Of a DNA stretch of 64,000 nucleotides, positions 48,101 through 59,036 are shown piece by piece; within the stretch, counting starts at the first letter, position 1; the number at the start of each line of letters is the position of its first letter. The notes beneath the pieces were generated by a model, which did no database searches, had not been told where the DNA came from, and saw only the letters and a program-made list of their open reading frames with translations. The DNA is from a virus: positions 1-64,000 of IMG/VR virus record IMGVR_UViG_3300025732_000020. One strand, given 5' to 3'. The translations under genes and the position numbers were made by a program.

Positions 48101-51100
48101 TTTAATCTTCCTCCTGACAGCGTTCTTGGACAAAAATCAAGGTAATATTTACCATTTGATGGCGTAGCAAACTTCTTACATTTTACAATATTCATACACA
48201 TTTGATATTCAAATGGAGATTTGAATGTTGCACAATCAAACTCTGAACTTTTTTCGAGTTTTGCTTTTATTCCCTCTATAATTGCAAATTCAGTATTATT
48301 AAATTCGCTAACTTCTCCTCCTCCGTAACTAAACTTAATTGGCGTAGAAGATATACCTTTTAATATTGGTTCTCCTTTTTCTCCAAAGCCATTTATCTTA
48401 TTCTCTAATAAAGAGACATATGCAGGAGGAGAACTGAAAGAAGATGTAGGTACTAAAGATTCACTTGGTTTGAACTCAAGGAAAGATCCAAGTGGCCTAT
48501 CCACAGAGATAGATCCTACTGATGTTCCAGGTACAGTTTTATACTCCTCTGGATATAATGATTTATTAATTGATGGTACGCATCTATCCGCTAAATTTCC
48601 ATATATATCAGTACATTCTTTACCACCAAATCTTTGGCATGAGACTATAGGGTCAAATACTTTTAATATTTCTTGAGGTAAATTGGCCATTATCTCTTTC
48701 TTGGGTATATAAGAGACTCCTAATATAGAATTTTCAATTTCTGGCACTTCTCCTGCTTCCTTGTAGAGAGGAGGAGTCATATATTCCATTTTAGGAATAT
48801 TTATAGACATTGGAATAGTCTCGTATTCAGATGAAGGAGACCAGGCCTTAGTATCAACTACTTGGGTATTTGGATTAGATCCTGTTTCATATGTATTACT
48901 AATAAGATTGGCTAATTTATTTTCTTCAGAGATTTTAAAGAAGTTATTTATGATTATCTCTGGAGATTGCTTTATAACCTCGGTAAAATTAACATTATTT
49001 ATTGGGGTATTAAATAGTACTCTATACTGTTCTGGCGTAATAGAATTTACTATGGGGATTCTATTTGGTAATCTTGAATTACCAATTCCAGGGGACTCAA
49101 CTATGGGTGAGTTACCGGCTGTTATAGCTAGTTCTGGATTATCATCAGAAGACGAAAGAATATCTATTACAGTTTGATTTAAGGTATCAAATGATTTATT
49201 CTGTGAGTTAATTAACGCTTTAAATTTATTACTTAATACAGTTAATGATGAATAATCAAGACTAGATTTTAAAACATTTTCAACTATCCTCAGAGATTTA
49301 GAAATTGACTCAAATCCCTCAAGAAGAGTTAAAATGTTACTTTGTAAAGGATCACTTTGTAACTTAAAGTTATTAAGTTGTTGTGAATTTTTGTAAGTCC
49401 CGAGTCGGATACCTAATCCCGTTAAATTAGCATATTGAATGAACTTCGTGAAGTTACCTCCATTAAATCCATCTAATATCTGTCCTAATGCAGTCGTTGG
49501 TGAAGTTTCTCCTAGAAGAGTTATAAGTTCTTTTGGAGTTAATCCAACTGCTTTATCATAAAGAGCATTTATTAATTTTTCAGACGAGATATTACCTAAG
49601 TTATCACCAATGACTTCTGTCCATTCTTTCAATGCTATAGGGGCTAGACTATTAGTTTGTGCGTAGTCCAAGGATGGACTCATAAGTCCATCTTGATAAT
49701 TACCTTGGATGATTTGATCAATAATCCCGCTTAATAGGTTAATTTCATCTTTTGACTTTATGATATTTTCTTGGCCAGATTGAAATAAATAAGCAATTGA
49801 TTCTAGTAATGTTAGATTATTTTGTCCTAATATTTTGGTAAATTTTATTATCTGGTTTGGATCTATAGCGTAAGTTAGACCAATTAATAGTCCAATTAGT
49901 CTTGGATATTTACTAATATTGATATAGGTTGCTTTTGAAGGATCTTTTTGCGCTAAAGAAAGGATATTTAAGAGACCATCTACATCAGAGACAGAATATA
50001 AAAAGGAGAGATAAGCATCTATTCCATCTTGTCCACCTATTTGATATATTAACTGTGATAGTTCAAATCCTTTAAAGAAGGACTTAAGATCGTCTGAATT
50101 TGAAATAGGGGCAAAGGATGTTATTAAGTCAGAAAAGTTATTAATTGAAATAACTTTATTGATTTCGGATTCAGAAAACCCCAGGGATCTTAGGAAAGAA
50201 ATCAATACTGTGTTTTGCCCTTGGAATGAGATATTTGAGATATTAGGGATATACTCAAAAGAAGAAATACTTAATCGTGAGATACTTTCATATATTCCGT
50301 TAATTTGATCATTTACTGCGGCTGTAATTTTTAGAAGAAACTCTAAAGGATTACCAGGCAGTTGAGTGTATATAAATGTAGAGTATAACTGATCATATGA
50401 CTCCTTAATAAACTTAATAACTCCAGACATTCCAGGCTTTGGCCCTTCCCGTAAAGATTCCATATATGGGCTAGGAGGAAATACCCTCTGTAATTCTTTT
50501 AATTGCGGTTCTATAGAGCCTAATCCTTCCGATCCTGGAAGTTTTCCAGTTAAATCTAAGGAACTGAGCATCGACTGGACCAAGTCGCCTAGATATAGAC
50601 ATCTACTATAGAGTGTATTTATTGCAGAAGACAATAAATCTACGCTAGGTGGTATAGTATAGGAATTAGCCTTTATCTCCGCTGTATATCTATCTTTTAG
50701 ACCATCTTTAAATTGTGCATATATAGAGTTGTATGTGAGAGTTTTATTTTCTATAAAAGTATCATCAGGTACTTTTTGTCCATGTATAAAAGATTTCAGT
50801 TTTAAAAAACTATTTAAGAAATTTAATCCTGGAATTTTATTTAATGAAGTCGCGCCTGCAAATAAAACATCAAATTTTCCAAAAGATGACTCATTGTTAA
50901 TAGTAGCAAAAACATCAGAATTTAATCTGCCATACGCAGCTCCAAAAAGGTACTGGGAATATTTAGATATGTACTGAATCCCACCTATAATTGATCCCTC
51001 ATAACTTCCTATATAGTCAGAAAATATTTTTAGGCTATTTATACCTTGCAGAATAGACTTACCTTCTCCGCCAAAAGTCACGGTTAAAAGTTCTTCATTA

Positions 51101-51984
51101 ACAACAGTAGGGTCTGAATATTCTTCTATTTTTGAATCTGATATAACCGAGTTGATATCAAATCCATTTTCCAAAAATCCATTATAATACTGCCTAACGT
51201 TTTTTTCAAAAACTTCTTTAAATTTTGCTGCTCGATTAAGTCTTTTGGAGACATACTTACTCCATTGGCTAGATTCAAAAAAATCTCTAGTCGGAGACCC
51301 GACGTCTGGATTTAATTTATAGAGATCTCCATTATATATAATTAAGTCTCTGTATGAAATTGATAATCTATATTCAGACTTGCCTATCTTTGAAGCTACT
51401 CTATTGTAACTTAATGGAGAATAAGATGAGGTATTAGATAGACTTTGAAACTCCTCCCAATATCTGCTTTGTGGAAAAAGAGTGTAAACTGTCTTTGAGT
51501 AATTATTTACCTCCTTTACAGAATAAATAAATTTATCTTCAGAGTATTGATATTCAGGCGCAGTCTGTAATACATCAAAAACTGTTGAAGAGAAAAAATC
51601 TTCGTTAATTATAAATTTAGTTATAATCTCCTTATACTGCTTAATTTTTAGTAAGAAAATTGAGTAATTTTCGGAGTAGTTTTTAGCGTACTTACTAAGT
51701 ACTGCAACAACCTCATCGTATATTTCTATTGGATATACTTCATCGACTCCTATTTCTAATATGGATTCAGTGATTATCTGCTTAAACGGACTTATAGATA
51801 CTGACTCATTATTTTCTAATCTGTTAAATATCTCTAAAAATAACTTTAGTGTAGAGTCTTTTAACTTTTTTCTTAGTAAATCAGTATTAATTTTTTTATA
51901 TTTTTTCTCATACGAAATGAACCCCTCCAAAATGATGGGAGAGAGTACCGGTCTTAATATTTCTACGAGATTTTGGCTCATCAA
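48097..51984 (-). CDS. Large (1295 aa) hypothetical protein, probably virion-associated
   Basis: I/S/L/N-rich; C-terminal Cys cluster; GTTTAAA motifs upstream. Confidence 0.75.
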   Translation of the reverse strand: MMSQNLVEILRPVLSPIILEGFISYEKKYKKINTDLLRKKLKDSTLKLFLEIFNRLENNESVSISPFKQIITESILEIGVDEVYPIEIYDEVVAVLSKYAKNYSENYSIFLLKIKQYKEIITKFIINEDFFSSTVFDVLQTAPEYQYSEDKFIYSVKEVNNYSKTVYTLFPQSRYWEEFQSLSNTSSYSPLSYNRVASKIGKSEYRLSISYRDLIIYNGDLYKLNPDVGSPTRDFFESSQWSKYVSKRLNRAAKFKEVFEKNVRQYYNGFLENGFDINSVISDSKIEEYSDPTVVNEELLTVTFGGEGKSILQGINSLKIFSDYIGSYEGSIIGGIQYISKYSQYLFGAAYGRLNSDVFATINNESSFGKFDVLFAGATSLNKIPGLNFLNSFLKLKSFIHGQKVPDDTFIENKTLTYNSIYAQFKDGLKDRYTAEIKANSYTIPPSVDLLSSAINTLYSRCLYLGDLVQSMLSSLDLTGKLPGSEGLGSIEPQLKELQRVFPPSPYMESLREGPKPGMSGVIKFIKESYDQLYSTFIYTQLPGNPLEFLLKITAAVNDQINGIYESISRLSISSFEYIPNISNISFQGQNTVLISFLRSLGFSESEINKVISINNFSDLITSFAPISNSDDLKSFFKGFELSQLIYQIGGQDGIDAYLSFLYSVSDVDGLLNILSLAQKDPSKATYINISKYPRLIGLLIGLTYAIDPNQIIKFTKILGQNNLTLLESIAYLFQSGQENIIKSKDEINLLSGIIDQIIQGNYQDGLMSPSLDYAQTNSLAPIALKEWTEVIGDNLGNISSEKLINALYDKAVGLTPKELITLLGETSPTTALGQILDGFNGGNFTKFIQYANLTGLGIRLGTYKNSQQLNNFKLQSDPLQSNILTLLEGFESISKSLRIVENVLKSSLDYSSLTVLSNKFKALINSQNKSFDTLNQTVIDILSSSDDNPELAITAGNSPIVESPGIGNSRLPNRIPIVNSITPEQYRVLFNTPINNVNFTEVIKQSPEIIINNFFKISEENKLANLISNTYETGSNPNTQVVDTKAWSPSSEYETIPMSINIPKMEYMTPPLYKEAGEVPEIENSILGVSYIPKKEIMANLPQEILKVFDPIVSCQRFGGKECTDIYGNLADRCVPSINKSLYPEEYKTVPGTSVGSISVDRPLGSFLEFKPSESLVPTSSFSSPPAYVSLLENKINGFGEKGEPILKGISSTPIKFSYGGGEVSEFNNTEFAIIEGIKAKLEKSSEFDCATFKSPFEYQMCMNIVKCKKFATPSNGKYYLDFCPRTLSGGRLK

Positions 51985-52045
51985 TTTAGATGCTTTTTTA
52001 AACTTTAAACTTTAAGTTTAAAGCTATTGGACTTAAATTGATCCA

Positions 52046-52495
52046 ATGCAATCAAAAATCTCTGTACTTCTTCTTAAGGGCAAAAATGTCAGTGAAACTT
52101 CAGACATGAATAAGATGGCTGTGCATCTTGAGCAAGTATTAGCAGAAAAGGACGGAGTTGAATTAAAAACCCGCCAAGGACTTACCGATGCAGTGGTTAA
52201 ATCCGCAGACTTTATCATATTTTGTGGATATGATTGTGGGATACTTTCAGAAATCTTTAAAGCATCTGGAGTTATAGAGGGTCTTGACGGTAAAGAAGGG
52301 CCAATTTTATTCCTTTATGAGGAACCTGGCAATTCAATTTATGAACATATTGACCGTATTTTAACCGCTGGCATGGATCTTAATAGAGTAGATTCTAAGA
52401 TTTTTGACAAAATCGTTGACACCAATAATCACCGTGATATAATTGGTTATATCGACGCCTATCTACGGAAACTTGGAAGTTCAACAGTTGCTTAG
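52046..52495 (+). CDS. Divergent LOG/SLOG-fold protein
   Basis: DFIIFCGYDCGILSEIF...PILFL aligns by eye with LOG DAFIALPGGxGTxxE...PIILL. Confidence 0.5.
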   Translation: MQSKISVLLLKGKNVSETSDMNKMAVHLEQVLAEKDGVELKTRQGLTDAVVKSADFIIFCGYDCGILSEIFKASGVIEGLDGKEGPILFLYEEPGNSIYEHIDRILTAGMDLNRVDSKIFDKIVDTNNHRDIIGYIDAYLRKLGSSTVA

Positions 52496-53450
52496 TATCG
52501 CTTCAGAATTAAAAGGCGAGTCGGCTTATGAGATAATCTTAAATAAGTTAATAGATTACGATCGTTGGAAAACTGAAGCGACATTTGCTCATGAATTAAA
52601 ATTAGAAGAACTGAGACTTAATGCCTCGTCTTCACGTCGGTCATCTTTGGTAAAACTTGATTCTGAATTTTCAGAAGAAGATAAAAAATTTAATATCCTC
52701 AGCTCATATGGAGCCTGTACTGAAAAGCATCTTGGGATGATATCCAAGACAAGAATTTGGGAAGGTGCTACTGAACAAGCAACTAAACTCTTTGAGAGTT
52801 GGTATTTTCATATAAGAGAGAATAACGTTCTACCACTCAAGGATTTAAAAGAAGGGCGGATTAAAATGCTTCTTCTTTTATTCCTTTGGGCGTCTGGATG
52901 TTCTCATAGGGCTGCAAAATGGCCAGATGCCCCCGATATTAATTATGTTACTCCATTGAAAAAAGAAATGGAGGAAAGACTTTCTAAGTTTAGTAAGCAT
53001 AGTATTGTTGCTGCTTATGAGTCGTTAAAAGTTTTTTGGAAAGAGATTAATGATTATGAGCAATGTCCGTTCAATGTTACCCTCATTGGAGAAGTTCTAG
53101 ATGAAGCATACACGTATGTCTCTGAAAAGACTACCGAAGAAAATAAATATGATATTAAAAACTCGCCGTTATTCTCAGAATTTGAAAAAACCTTCCCTTA
53201 TGTTTCTTTGGAGATTTTGGAAAAGTATTATACGAAAAACCGTAGAAACTTTGTAGCCGCTGGCGTGGGGGCTTTGAGAAAAGTCTTTACTACAACTCTC
53301 CCAGAGGAACTAGAACATAAGTATTCTATCTCTGAATGGCCAAAGAAGTGGCATCTTCATATCGCTACTTTTGAAGAAAAGTGGCAAAAACAACTTTATG
53401 ACATTATGAACTCTACCCGTGAGGAACAAGAAAAATGGAAAAAGGAGTAA
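52443..53450 (+). CDS. Hypothetical protein (start uncertain)
   Basis: 335-codon ORF with no early ATG. Confidence 0.65.
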   Translation: MVISTPIYGNLEVQQLLSIASELKGESAYEIILNKLIDYDRWKTEATFAHELKLEELRLNASSSRRSSLVKLDSEFSEEDKKFNILSSYGACTEKHLGMISKTRIWEGATEQATKLFESWYFHIRENNVLPLKDLKEGRIKMLLLLFLWASGCSHRAAKWPDAPDINYVTPLKKEMEERLSKFSKHSIVAAYESLKVFWKEINDYEQCPFNVTLIGEVLDEAYTYVSEKTTEENKYDIKNSPLFSEFEKTFPYVSLEILEKYYTKNRRNFVAAGVGALRKVFTTTLPEELEHKYSISEWPKKWHLHIATFEEKWQKQLYDIMNSTREEQEKWKKE

Positions 53451-53626
53451 ATGTTTTAACTGCAGGACAGAATGTAATTGTCGATGGTGCCGAAGAGGCA
53501 ATCGAACGCTATGAAAAAGGAGAGATTACAGCCGAAGAGCTCCGTGATATTATCCTTACTCTTGATGTAGTCTATATCGATCAGTCTAAGTTTAAAGATA
53601 AAAAAGATAATGAATCCCTAGAGTAG
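53435..53626 (+). CDS. Hypothetical protein
   Basis: 63 aa, overlaps upstream gene. Confidence 0.55.
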   Translation: MEKGVNVLTAGQNVIVDGAEEAIERYEKGEITAEELRDIILTLDVVYIDQSKFKDKKDNESLE

Positions 53627-53634
53627 GTAAAAGA

Positions 53635-55578
53635 ATGGCAGACGATCGCCCTTCGATAATGAAACCCAAAACAGGATATTATGACAGATACTTCGGTCTA
53701 GGAGTAGGTCAGGGCGGTCTTGCTGGGTACAAAGCAGATCCTTACGCATTTGCGGGTAATGGATATATCACAGGTGGTACGATCCTTCCTCGTCGTGATG
53801 ATATCCTTATTGAGGAAGGTGGTGGTGGGCCTCGAGCAATCGAGAAATATATGCGGCTGTTCAATGACAGCCAAACTATATCCGCATGGGAGAAGTTAAC
53901 AGGAGAGATTATCCAGCGTAAATGGGAAGTAGATCCTGCTAGTCCCTCAGACCGCGATGAGGAAGTAGCAGAGTTTGTCCGTCAGGTACTCTACCGTATG
54001 GGGACAAATACTCGCCAAGCATATGGTAAAGAAATGCTGGTGAGTTCTAACTCGGCATTTGATACTTTCATCAGAGGACTGTGTGAATCACTGATTCTGG
54101 GGATCAGTATTGGTGAGATTTGCTGGATGAGACAAGGAAACTATATCGTCCCGTCCGAGATTAAAATTCGTGATCCAAGAAGGTTTCTTTTTGTTCTCAA
54201 TGAGGATGGTACCATCTCCCCGCGCCTACTCACAGTAGAGAGTTCCGTAGAAGGCATTCCTCTGCCCCTCCGTTCTATGATTATCCATAGGCACTGGTGC
54301 TACAGTAACTTTATGGATCCTTACGGTACGGGTCTTGGTCGCCAGCTCTATAGCCTTGTAGAATTCAGACGGACGTTAATGTCTTTCTGGTTACAATACG
54401 CTGATAAGCATACCACCCCCACCGCAGTGGGTAAGTTCTCTCTTGGCACACCTGAGGATGAAGTAAATGCTTTATTTACTGCTCTTCAACGCCTGGGTCA
54501 AGAAACCGCGATCGTTGTCCCCGATGAGATGGATATTAGTTGGTTAGAAAGCCAAGGCCGCTCAGAGGTATATGAGAAGTTGATCGAATATGTTGATCAA
54601 CAGATCAGTTTTGTGATTAATGGGGAGAACACTGTTGGTCAAGAGACCGGCAATGTTGGGTCGTATGCCAGAGATCAAGTTTCGGATTCTGTTCGGATGC
54701 GCAAGGCTAAAGCGTTCTCTGAGGAACTTGATGAGACACTCAATGCTACTTTGATCCGTTGGATTGTTGAACTTAACTATCCAGGTGCTCCTGTTCCTAG
54801 ACTTCGTAGGAATTTTGATGATCTGGAGCAGAGAGAGGACCCAGTTAAGATTGTTCAAATGCTTACCCAACTTCAAGCTATTGGGTACGAGGTCAAGGAT
54901 CTTGATTGGGTAAGAGACAAACTCGAGATCCCGTCTCTAGGCAAAATGGACATGGGTGCTATGGGTGGTGGAATGCCTGGTGCTCCTGGAGCAATGCCAC
55001 CTGGCCCCGATCAAGCCCCAATGGCAGAGGATAAAAACCCAGAAGATGTGGAAAATGGGTCAATGGGTGCATTTGGAGCCGATCCAACTTCTCATCTTGA
55101 TCTATTTGATTTTTCAGAGTTCGATGAGGAAAATGATCTCGCGGATAAGACTCAGAAGGACAAAGTAGCTAAGATTATCGCTTCTAAGTTCGATGGAGGA
55201 CTTGATGATATTGGATTCCAGAGAATTGTTTCCACAGGAAACTCTGAGACTGATGCATCTAACTCGCGTCTCCGTATCGATGAGTATACTTCGCCTGGCG
55301 AAATTGCTCATGTGGCTAGAAGAATCATCGAAGAAATCAAAAAAGTTCCATATATCTCCCCAGAAGACTCAGTGATGAGCAGTTCTTTTGATATGGAACT
55401 TGCGAGTATTGAAAGTCAGATCAGAGTAGATAGGATCAGTGAATGTGATATCCAAAAACTTATTGATCTCTATAAAAAGATTTATCGTCTCAATCGCAGA
55501 GCAGTCTATAAAGAGTGTGTGGTGGTAGATTGCCAAAAAGCTGGTTATATGAAGTATTTTGCTCCGTACTTTATGTAA
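53635..55578 (+). CDS. Portal protein (Mu gp29/DUF935-like) with C-terminal extension
   Basis: LGISIGEICW, DPYGTGL...FW..YADKH.TP..VGK, GSYA...V. Confidence 0.85.
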   Translation: MADDRPSIMKPKTGYYDRYFGLGVGQGGLAGYKADPYAFAGNGYITGGTILPRRDDILIEEGGGGPRAIEKYMRLFNDSQTISAWEKLTGEIIQRKWEVDPASPSDRDEEVAEFVRQVLYRMGTNTRQAYGKEMLVSSNSAFDTFIRGLCESLILGISIGEICWMRQGNYIVPSEIKIRDPRRFLFVLNEDGTISPRLLTVESSVEGIPLPLRSMIIHRHWCYSNFMDPYGTGLGRQLYSLVEFRRTLMSFWLQYADKHTTPTAVGKFSLGTPEDEVNALFTALQRLGQETAIVVPDEMDISWLESQGRSEVYEKLIEYVDQQISFVINGENTVGQETGNVGSYARDQVSDSVRMRKAKAFSEELDETLNATLIRWIVELNYPGAPVPRLRRNFDDLEQREDPVKIVQMLTQLQAIGYEVKDLDWVRDKLEIPSLGKMDMGAMGGGMPGAPGAMPPGPDQAPMAEDKNPEDVENGSMGAFGADPTSHLDLFDFSEFDEENDLADKTQKDKVAKIIASKFDGGLDDIGFQRIVSTGNSETDASNSRLRIDEYTSPGEIAHVARRIIEEIKKVPYISPEDSVMSSSFDMELASIESQIRVDRISECDIQKLIDLYKKIYRLNRRAVYKECVVVDCQKAGYMKYFAPYFM

Positions 55579-55627
55579 TATGGCTTAGTTTAAATATACA
55601 TTAGATATAACGTTTAGTTATCCCATC

Positions 55628-56056
55628 ATGCTAAATTATAAGCCCGTAGCTCAATCACAATTTTGGATTCAGGCTTCTCCATTCGCACATTATTTTACAA
55701 ATTTTAGTGGAATTAGAGACACAGCCGGAACATCTCAATATGCCGATGGCGTAAGAGGCCGTATCTTCAATATCCGTGGTCCTCGTACTCTTTCAGAAGT
55801 AACTATCTCGGTTCCTTTCGATCCTGAGAAGCACGCGGATGTAGTCGACTTCTGGAAAGCTTACGGTTGTGAGTTTGTAACTCTAACCATTACTCCTGTC
55901 TCCTGTGGCGAAGATCCTCAACCCCTTGGTCAACGTACTATCACTATTCCTGATGCTCAAATGACGGGCCTTAATTTTGGTACCGCCGATCGTACTTCTT
56001 CAAATGTTTCCACTATTGAACTAACGTTCGTAATGGATACATTTACCTACAACTGA
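55628..56056 (+). CDS. Tail tube protein
   Basis: FTNFSG...GPRTLSEVTI...SNVSTIELT; 142 aa. Confidence 0.7.
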   Translation: MLNYKPVAQSQFWIQASPFAHYFTNFSGIRDTAGTSQYADGVRGRIFNIRGPRTLSEVTISVPFDPEKHADVVDFWKAYGCEFVTLTITPVSCGEDPQPLGQRTITIPDAQMTGLNFGTADRTSSNVSTIELTFVMDTFTYN

Positions 56057-56078
56057 TTCTTACTCACGAGGTTGAAGC

Positions 56079-57119
56079 ATGTCTCTTTCCAACCTCTATT
56101 TTAGGGGATGTTTTAATCAGCCTTCTCAAGAGCAAGTTGATGCTATTGAATCAATACCTAATGGAAATGTCGAAGGGACAGTAGTAGATAAGTCTTGTTT
56201 TAGAGAAGATCTAAATACTTGTGGGATTAGTATCCAAGATCTTTTTAATACATATTCTATTTATTCAGCTCAAAAGGGTTTGTATAAAAATTGGGGAGAT
56301 ATTAAGTTCCCTTGGAAGATTTTAACTACTACTCCTAATTTACTCATTAGTCAAACTAATGATAAGTGGGAGATAAGCACTTATAGGGAAGTTACTTCTT
56401 ATGAAGAAGGCGATAAAGTTCTTTATATAGAAAATGATGGATATGAAGTTTCTTTATATGAGGCTATTACAGATATACCGTCCTTACCTGGAATTTTCGA
56501 TCATTATAAATGGAATAAAAAGTGTAGTGTTAAAACGGTAAAACCCGTAGGTTTACCAACACTTGAGGAATTATATTCCCGCTATAAAGAATATGCCCTT
56601 GAAGTATATAATTCTGAGTGGGGTAATATTGAGATAGGTTGGTCCCAGCCTACTTCAGCACTTTGGAAGAATGCTCAGTCTAAAAGGAACAATTTTTATT
56701 TAAATGGAGATATCACTCTCGTAGAGCAAGAGTGTGGTGATATTGTATGTACATATATTGCTATCAGAGATATCCCAGTAAATGACTTTGTAATAGAAGA
56801 ATACGTAGGAAAAAAATTCTCACAGTCAATTTACTTATCTAAAGAAGATAAAGATTTAGGTGTATTAACTCCAGTTTGGGAAAAACTATATTGCGTACAA
56901 ACTCAAAGAAATAAATGTCTTGAATATCAAAGGAAAAAAGAACCAGAGCTAGGATATGATCTCTTGGAGATAGGATCACGTGGCCATTTTGTAGAAGTTC
57001 CTGTTCCATACAGACTACGTCCACCGGAGTCAACTCTTAATAGTAAAGCTGAGACAAAAGAACCTCCAAAAGTGTTAACTCAAGAGGAAATTGACTCCCT
57101 TCCAGAACCTAAGGAGTAA
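56079..57119 (+). CDS. Virion structural protein, hypothetical
   Basis: YEEGDKVLY...LYEA repeat-like motif. Confidence 0.6.
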   Translation: MSLSNLYFRGCFNQPSQEQVDAIESIPNGNVEGTVVDKSCFREDLNTCGISIQDLFNTYSIYSAQKGLYKNWGDIKFPWKILTTTPNLLISQTNDKWEISTYREVTSYEEGDKVLYIENDGYEVSLYEAITDIPSLPGIFDHYKWNKKCSVKTVKPVGLPTLEELYSRYKEYALEVYNSEWGNIEIGWSQPTSALWKNAQSKRNNFYLNGDITLVEQECGDIVCTYIAIRDIPVNDFVIEEYVGKKFSQSIYLSKEDKDLGVLTPVWEKLYCVQTQRNKCLEYQRKKEPELGYDLLEIGSRGHFVEVPVPYRLRPPESTLNSKAETKEPPKVLTQEEIDSLPEPKE

Positions 57120-57126
57120 TATACGT

Positions 57127-58077
57127 ATGGCAAAAGTATTTGGAGGAGGAGGAAGTTCGCTCCCCAGCGGAAGTAACGGAGCATCAAGTACCCTTGGAAG
57201 AGGAGGAAATTTTTCATCTGGAAGTAATAGAGTCACTGATAATACAAAAGTATTTGGAAGAACAAGTTCTCCACCGTGCTCCGATAGCGGAGTAAGTAAG
57301 ATTATTCCTACCTCTTCTGAAGCGTTAAGAACTGACCAAATTCAGTCTTTTTCTTCTTCTCCAAATTCTTATTCTAAAGGTCAGTCAGTAAGTGGCGATA
57401 TAAATGCTAAGGATTTTTACAATAAGTCCGAGATACAAAAACTTCTAAAAATTAAAGCTGATATTTCTTCCGTTTATACGAAAGATGAAACAGATGATGC
57501 TCTGACATCATTAGAGTTAAGAATTAACCAGTCCCTTATTGATTTTATTACTGAAGCTGAAGTAAATGCTAAAGTATCTGCTTCTTACGACAGTATCCTC
57601 TCATATCTTTCTCAAAATTATTATACTAATTCACAGACTTATTCTAAGAGTCAAGTAGATAGCCTTATCTCTTCACTTAGTCTAGAGGGTGATTTTCTAG
57701 TAAATCAACCTTCTACAACTGCTAGTAATACTATAAATCCTGGGGTTAATAACGCTATTCCTCTCACTCTTGTAGCTTCTACTAATCCGAGTGTTACTAC
57801 GATTCAAAATTGGGTAGATAATCAATCCAATCTAGTGGGAAGAATTAAGACCTCTGGCAGAGTCGAATTTTATCGAGATATGGTAATAGGACAAAATACC
57901 TCATTATCAAGTCCAGCTCTTGATGTTAGTAGCCGGAGAATTGCTAGTGTAGCTGATCCGATAAATCCTTCCGATGCGGTTAATAAGAATTATGTAGAAG
58001 GATATATTGCCGAGATTATTGATAATATAGTCCAAGGAGAAGATAAGAGTTATATCGTTGATGCATTGGTGTACTAA
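57127..58077 (+). CDS. Virion structural/fibre-associated protein
   Basis: YxKxEVD repeats; VADPINPSDAVNKNYV motif; start MAKVFG. Confidence 0.65.
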   Translation: MAKVFGGGGSSLPSGSNGASSTLGRGGNFSSGSNRVTDNTKVFGRTSSPPCSDSGVSKIIPTSSEALRTDQIQSFSSSPNSYSKGQSVSGDINAKDFYNKSEIQKLLKIKADISSVYTKDETDDALTSLELRINQSLIDFITEAEVNAKVSASYDSILSYLSQNYYTNSQTYSKSQVDSLISSLSLEGDFLVNQPSTTASNTINPGVNNAIPLTLVASTNPSVTTIQNWVDNQSNLVGRIKTSGRVEFYRDMVIGQNTSLSSPALDVSSRRIASVADPINPSDAVNKNYVEGYIAEIIDNIVQGEDKSYIVDALVY

Positions 58078-58079
58078 TT

Positions 58080-59000
58080 ATGTCAGAATTAAGAGATAAA
58101 ATACTTTTACGTAGGTCTTCTCAGTTTTCAAAAAGACCTTCTCTTTTTGACATAGAGAATGGGGAACTAGCGCTCAACTTTAATAGCGAAGAGCCAGGTC
58201 TTTATTTTAAAGATTTTTCTGAATCGACAGGCACTCAATCTATTAGAAAAATAGGACCGCCTCATATGGGTCCTATACCTCCTAATAGTTTTGCGGAAGA
58301 ACTAGGATTTCCAGTTAAATTATCACATGCTGAAACTTGGATTGATACTAGTTTAGGACAAAACATAAGAATTTTAAGAGTATGGGATGATATAAGTAAT
58401 TCTTGGGAGGAAGTTTCAGGAGGAGGCGCCAAGTCGTATCTTTCATTAGATCAGTTTTTAGATGGATCCGATGGAAGCAATATAGTTCACACTGATGGTC
58501 TTAATTTAAAAATAAATAATAAAATTGCTTTATCTGGATATGCTACGACTACCGGTAATAAACTCGTAATCAACGAGGGCAGCGAATTTGCCAATGGAGT
58601 TGAATTACATGGCCCGAGTATACTAATAAAAAATCTTGAGTCGGATGCTAACCTTCAGATTCAAGTTGATACTTTAACTGTCCCAGAAAATGATTTTGTT
58701 CCGTTAGTAATAGGGGGGTTTGATCTTACATTTAGATCAGCTAAATTTATCATCCAGGTAGAGGGATTTACACAAAATAATGCGCAGCATGTTTACTATG
58801 TAATGGAGTCTCTTATCATCCATGACAATTTCAATGTTTTTATGACTCAGTATGGAATAGTTAGTACTATCAATAACGAAGTTCTTGGAAGTATTGATGC
58901 TTCGATACAGGGTGGGAAAGTAAAACTTACATTTCAAAGATTTCCAAATATTACTTCAGAAATAAAGGTAAGTACGACTTGCCAGTGCCTGTCGGTTTAA
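58080..59000 (+). CDS. Tail fibre-associated protein
   Basis: LRRSS...GELALN N-terminus; FRSAKF..Q...HD...TQYG C-terminal domain shared with 59037..61358. Confidence 0.7.
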   Translation: MSELRDKILLRRSSQFSKRPSLFDIENGELALNFNSEEPGLYFKDFSESTGTQSIRKIGPPHMGPIPPNSFAEELGFPVKLSHAETWIDTSLGQNIRILRVWDDISNSWEEVSGGGAKSYLSLDQFLDGSDGSNIVHTDGLNLKINNKIALSGYATTTGNKLVINEGSEFANGVELHGPSILIKNLESDANLQIQVDTLTVPENDFVPLVIGGFDLTFRSAKFIIQVEGFTQNNAQHVYYVMESLIIHDNFNVFMTQYGIVSTINNEVLGSIDASIQGGKVKLTFQRFPNITSEIKVSTTCQCLSV

Positions 59001-59036
59001 AGATAGGCAGATAAATTCTCTTCTCTCTTATAATGC

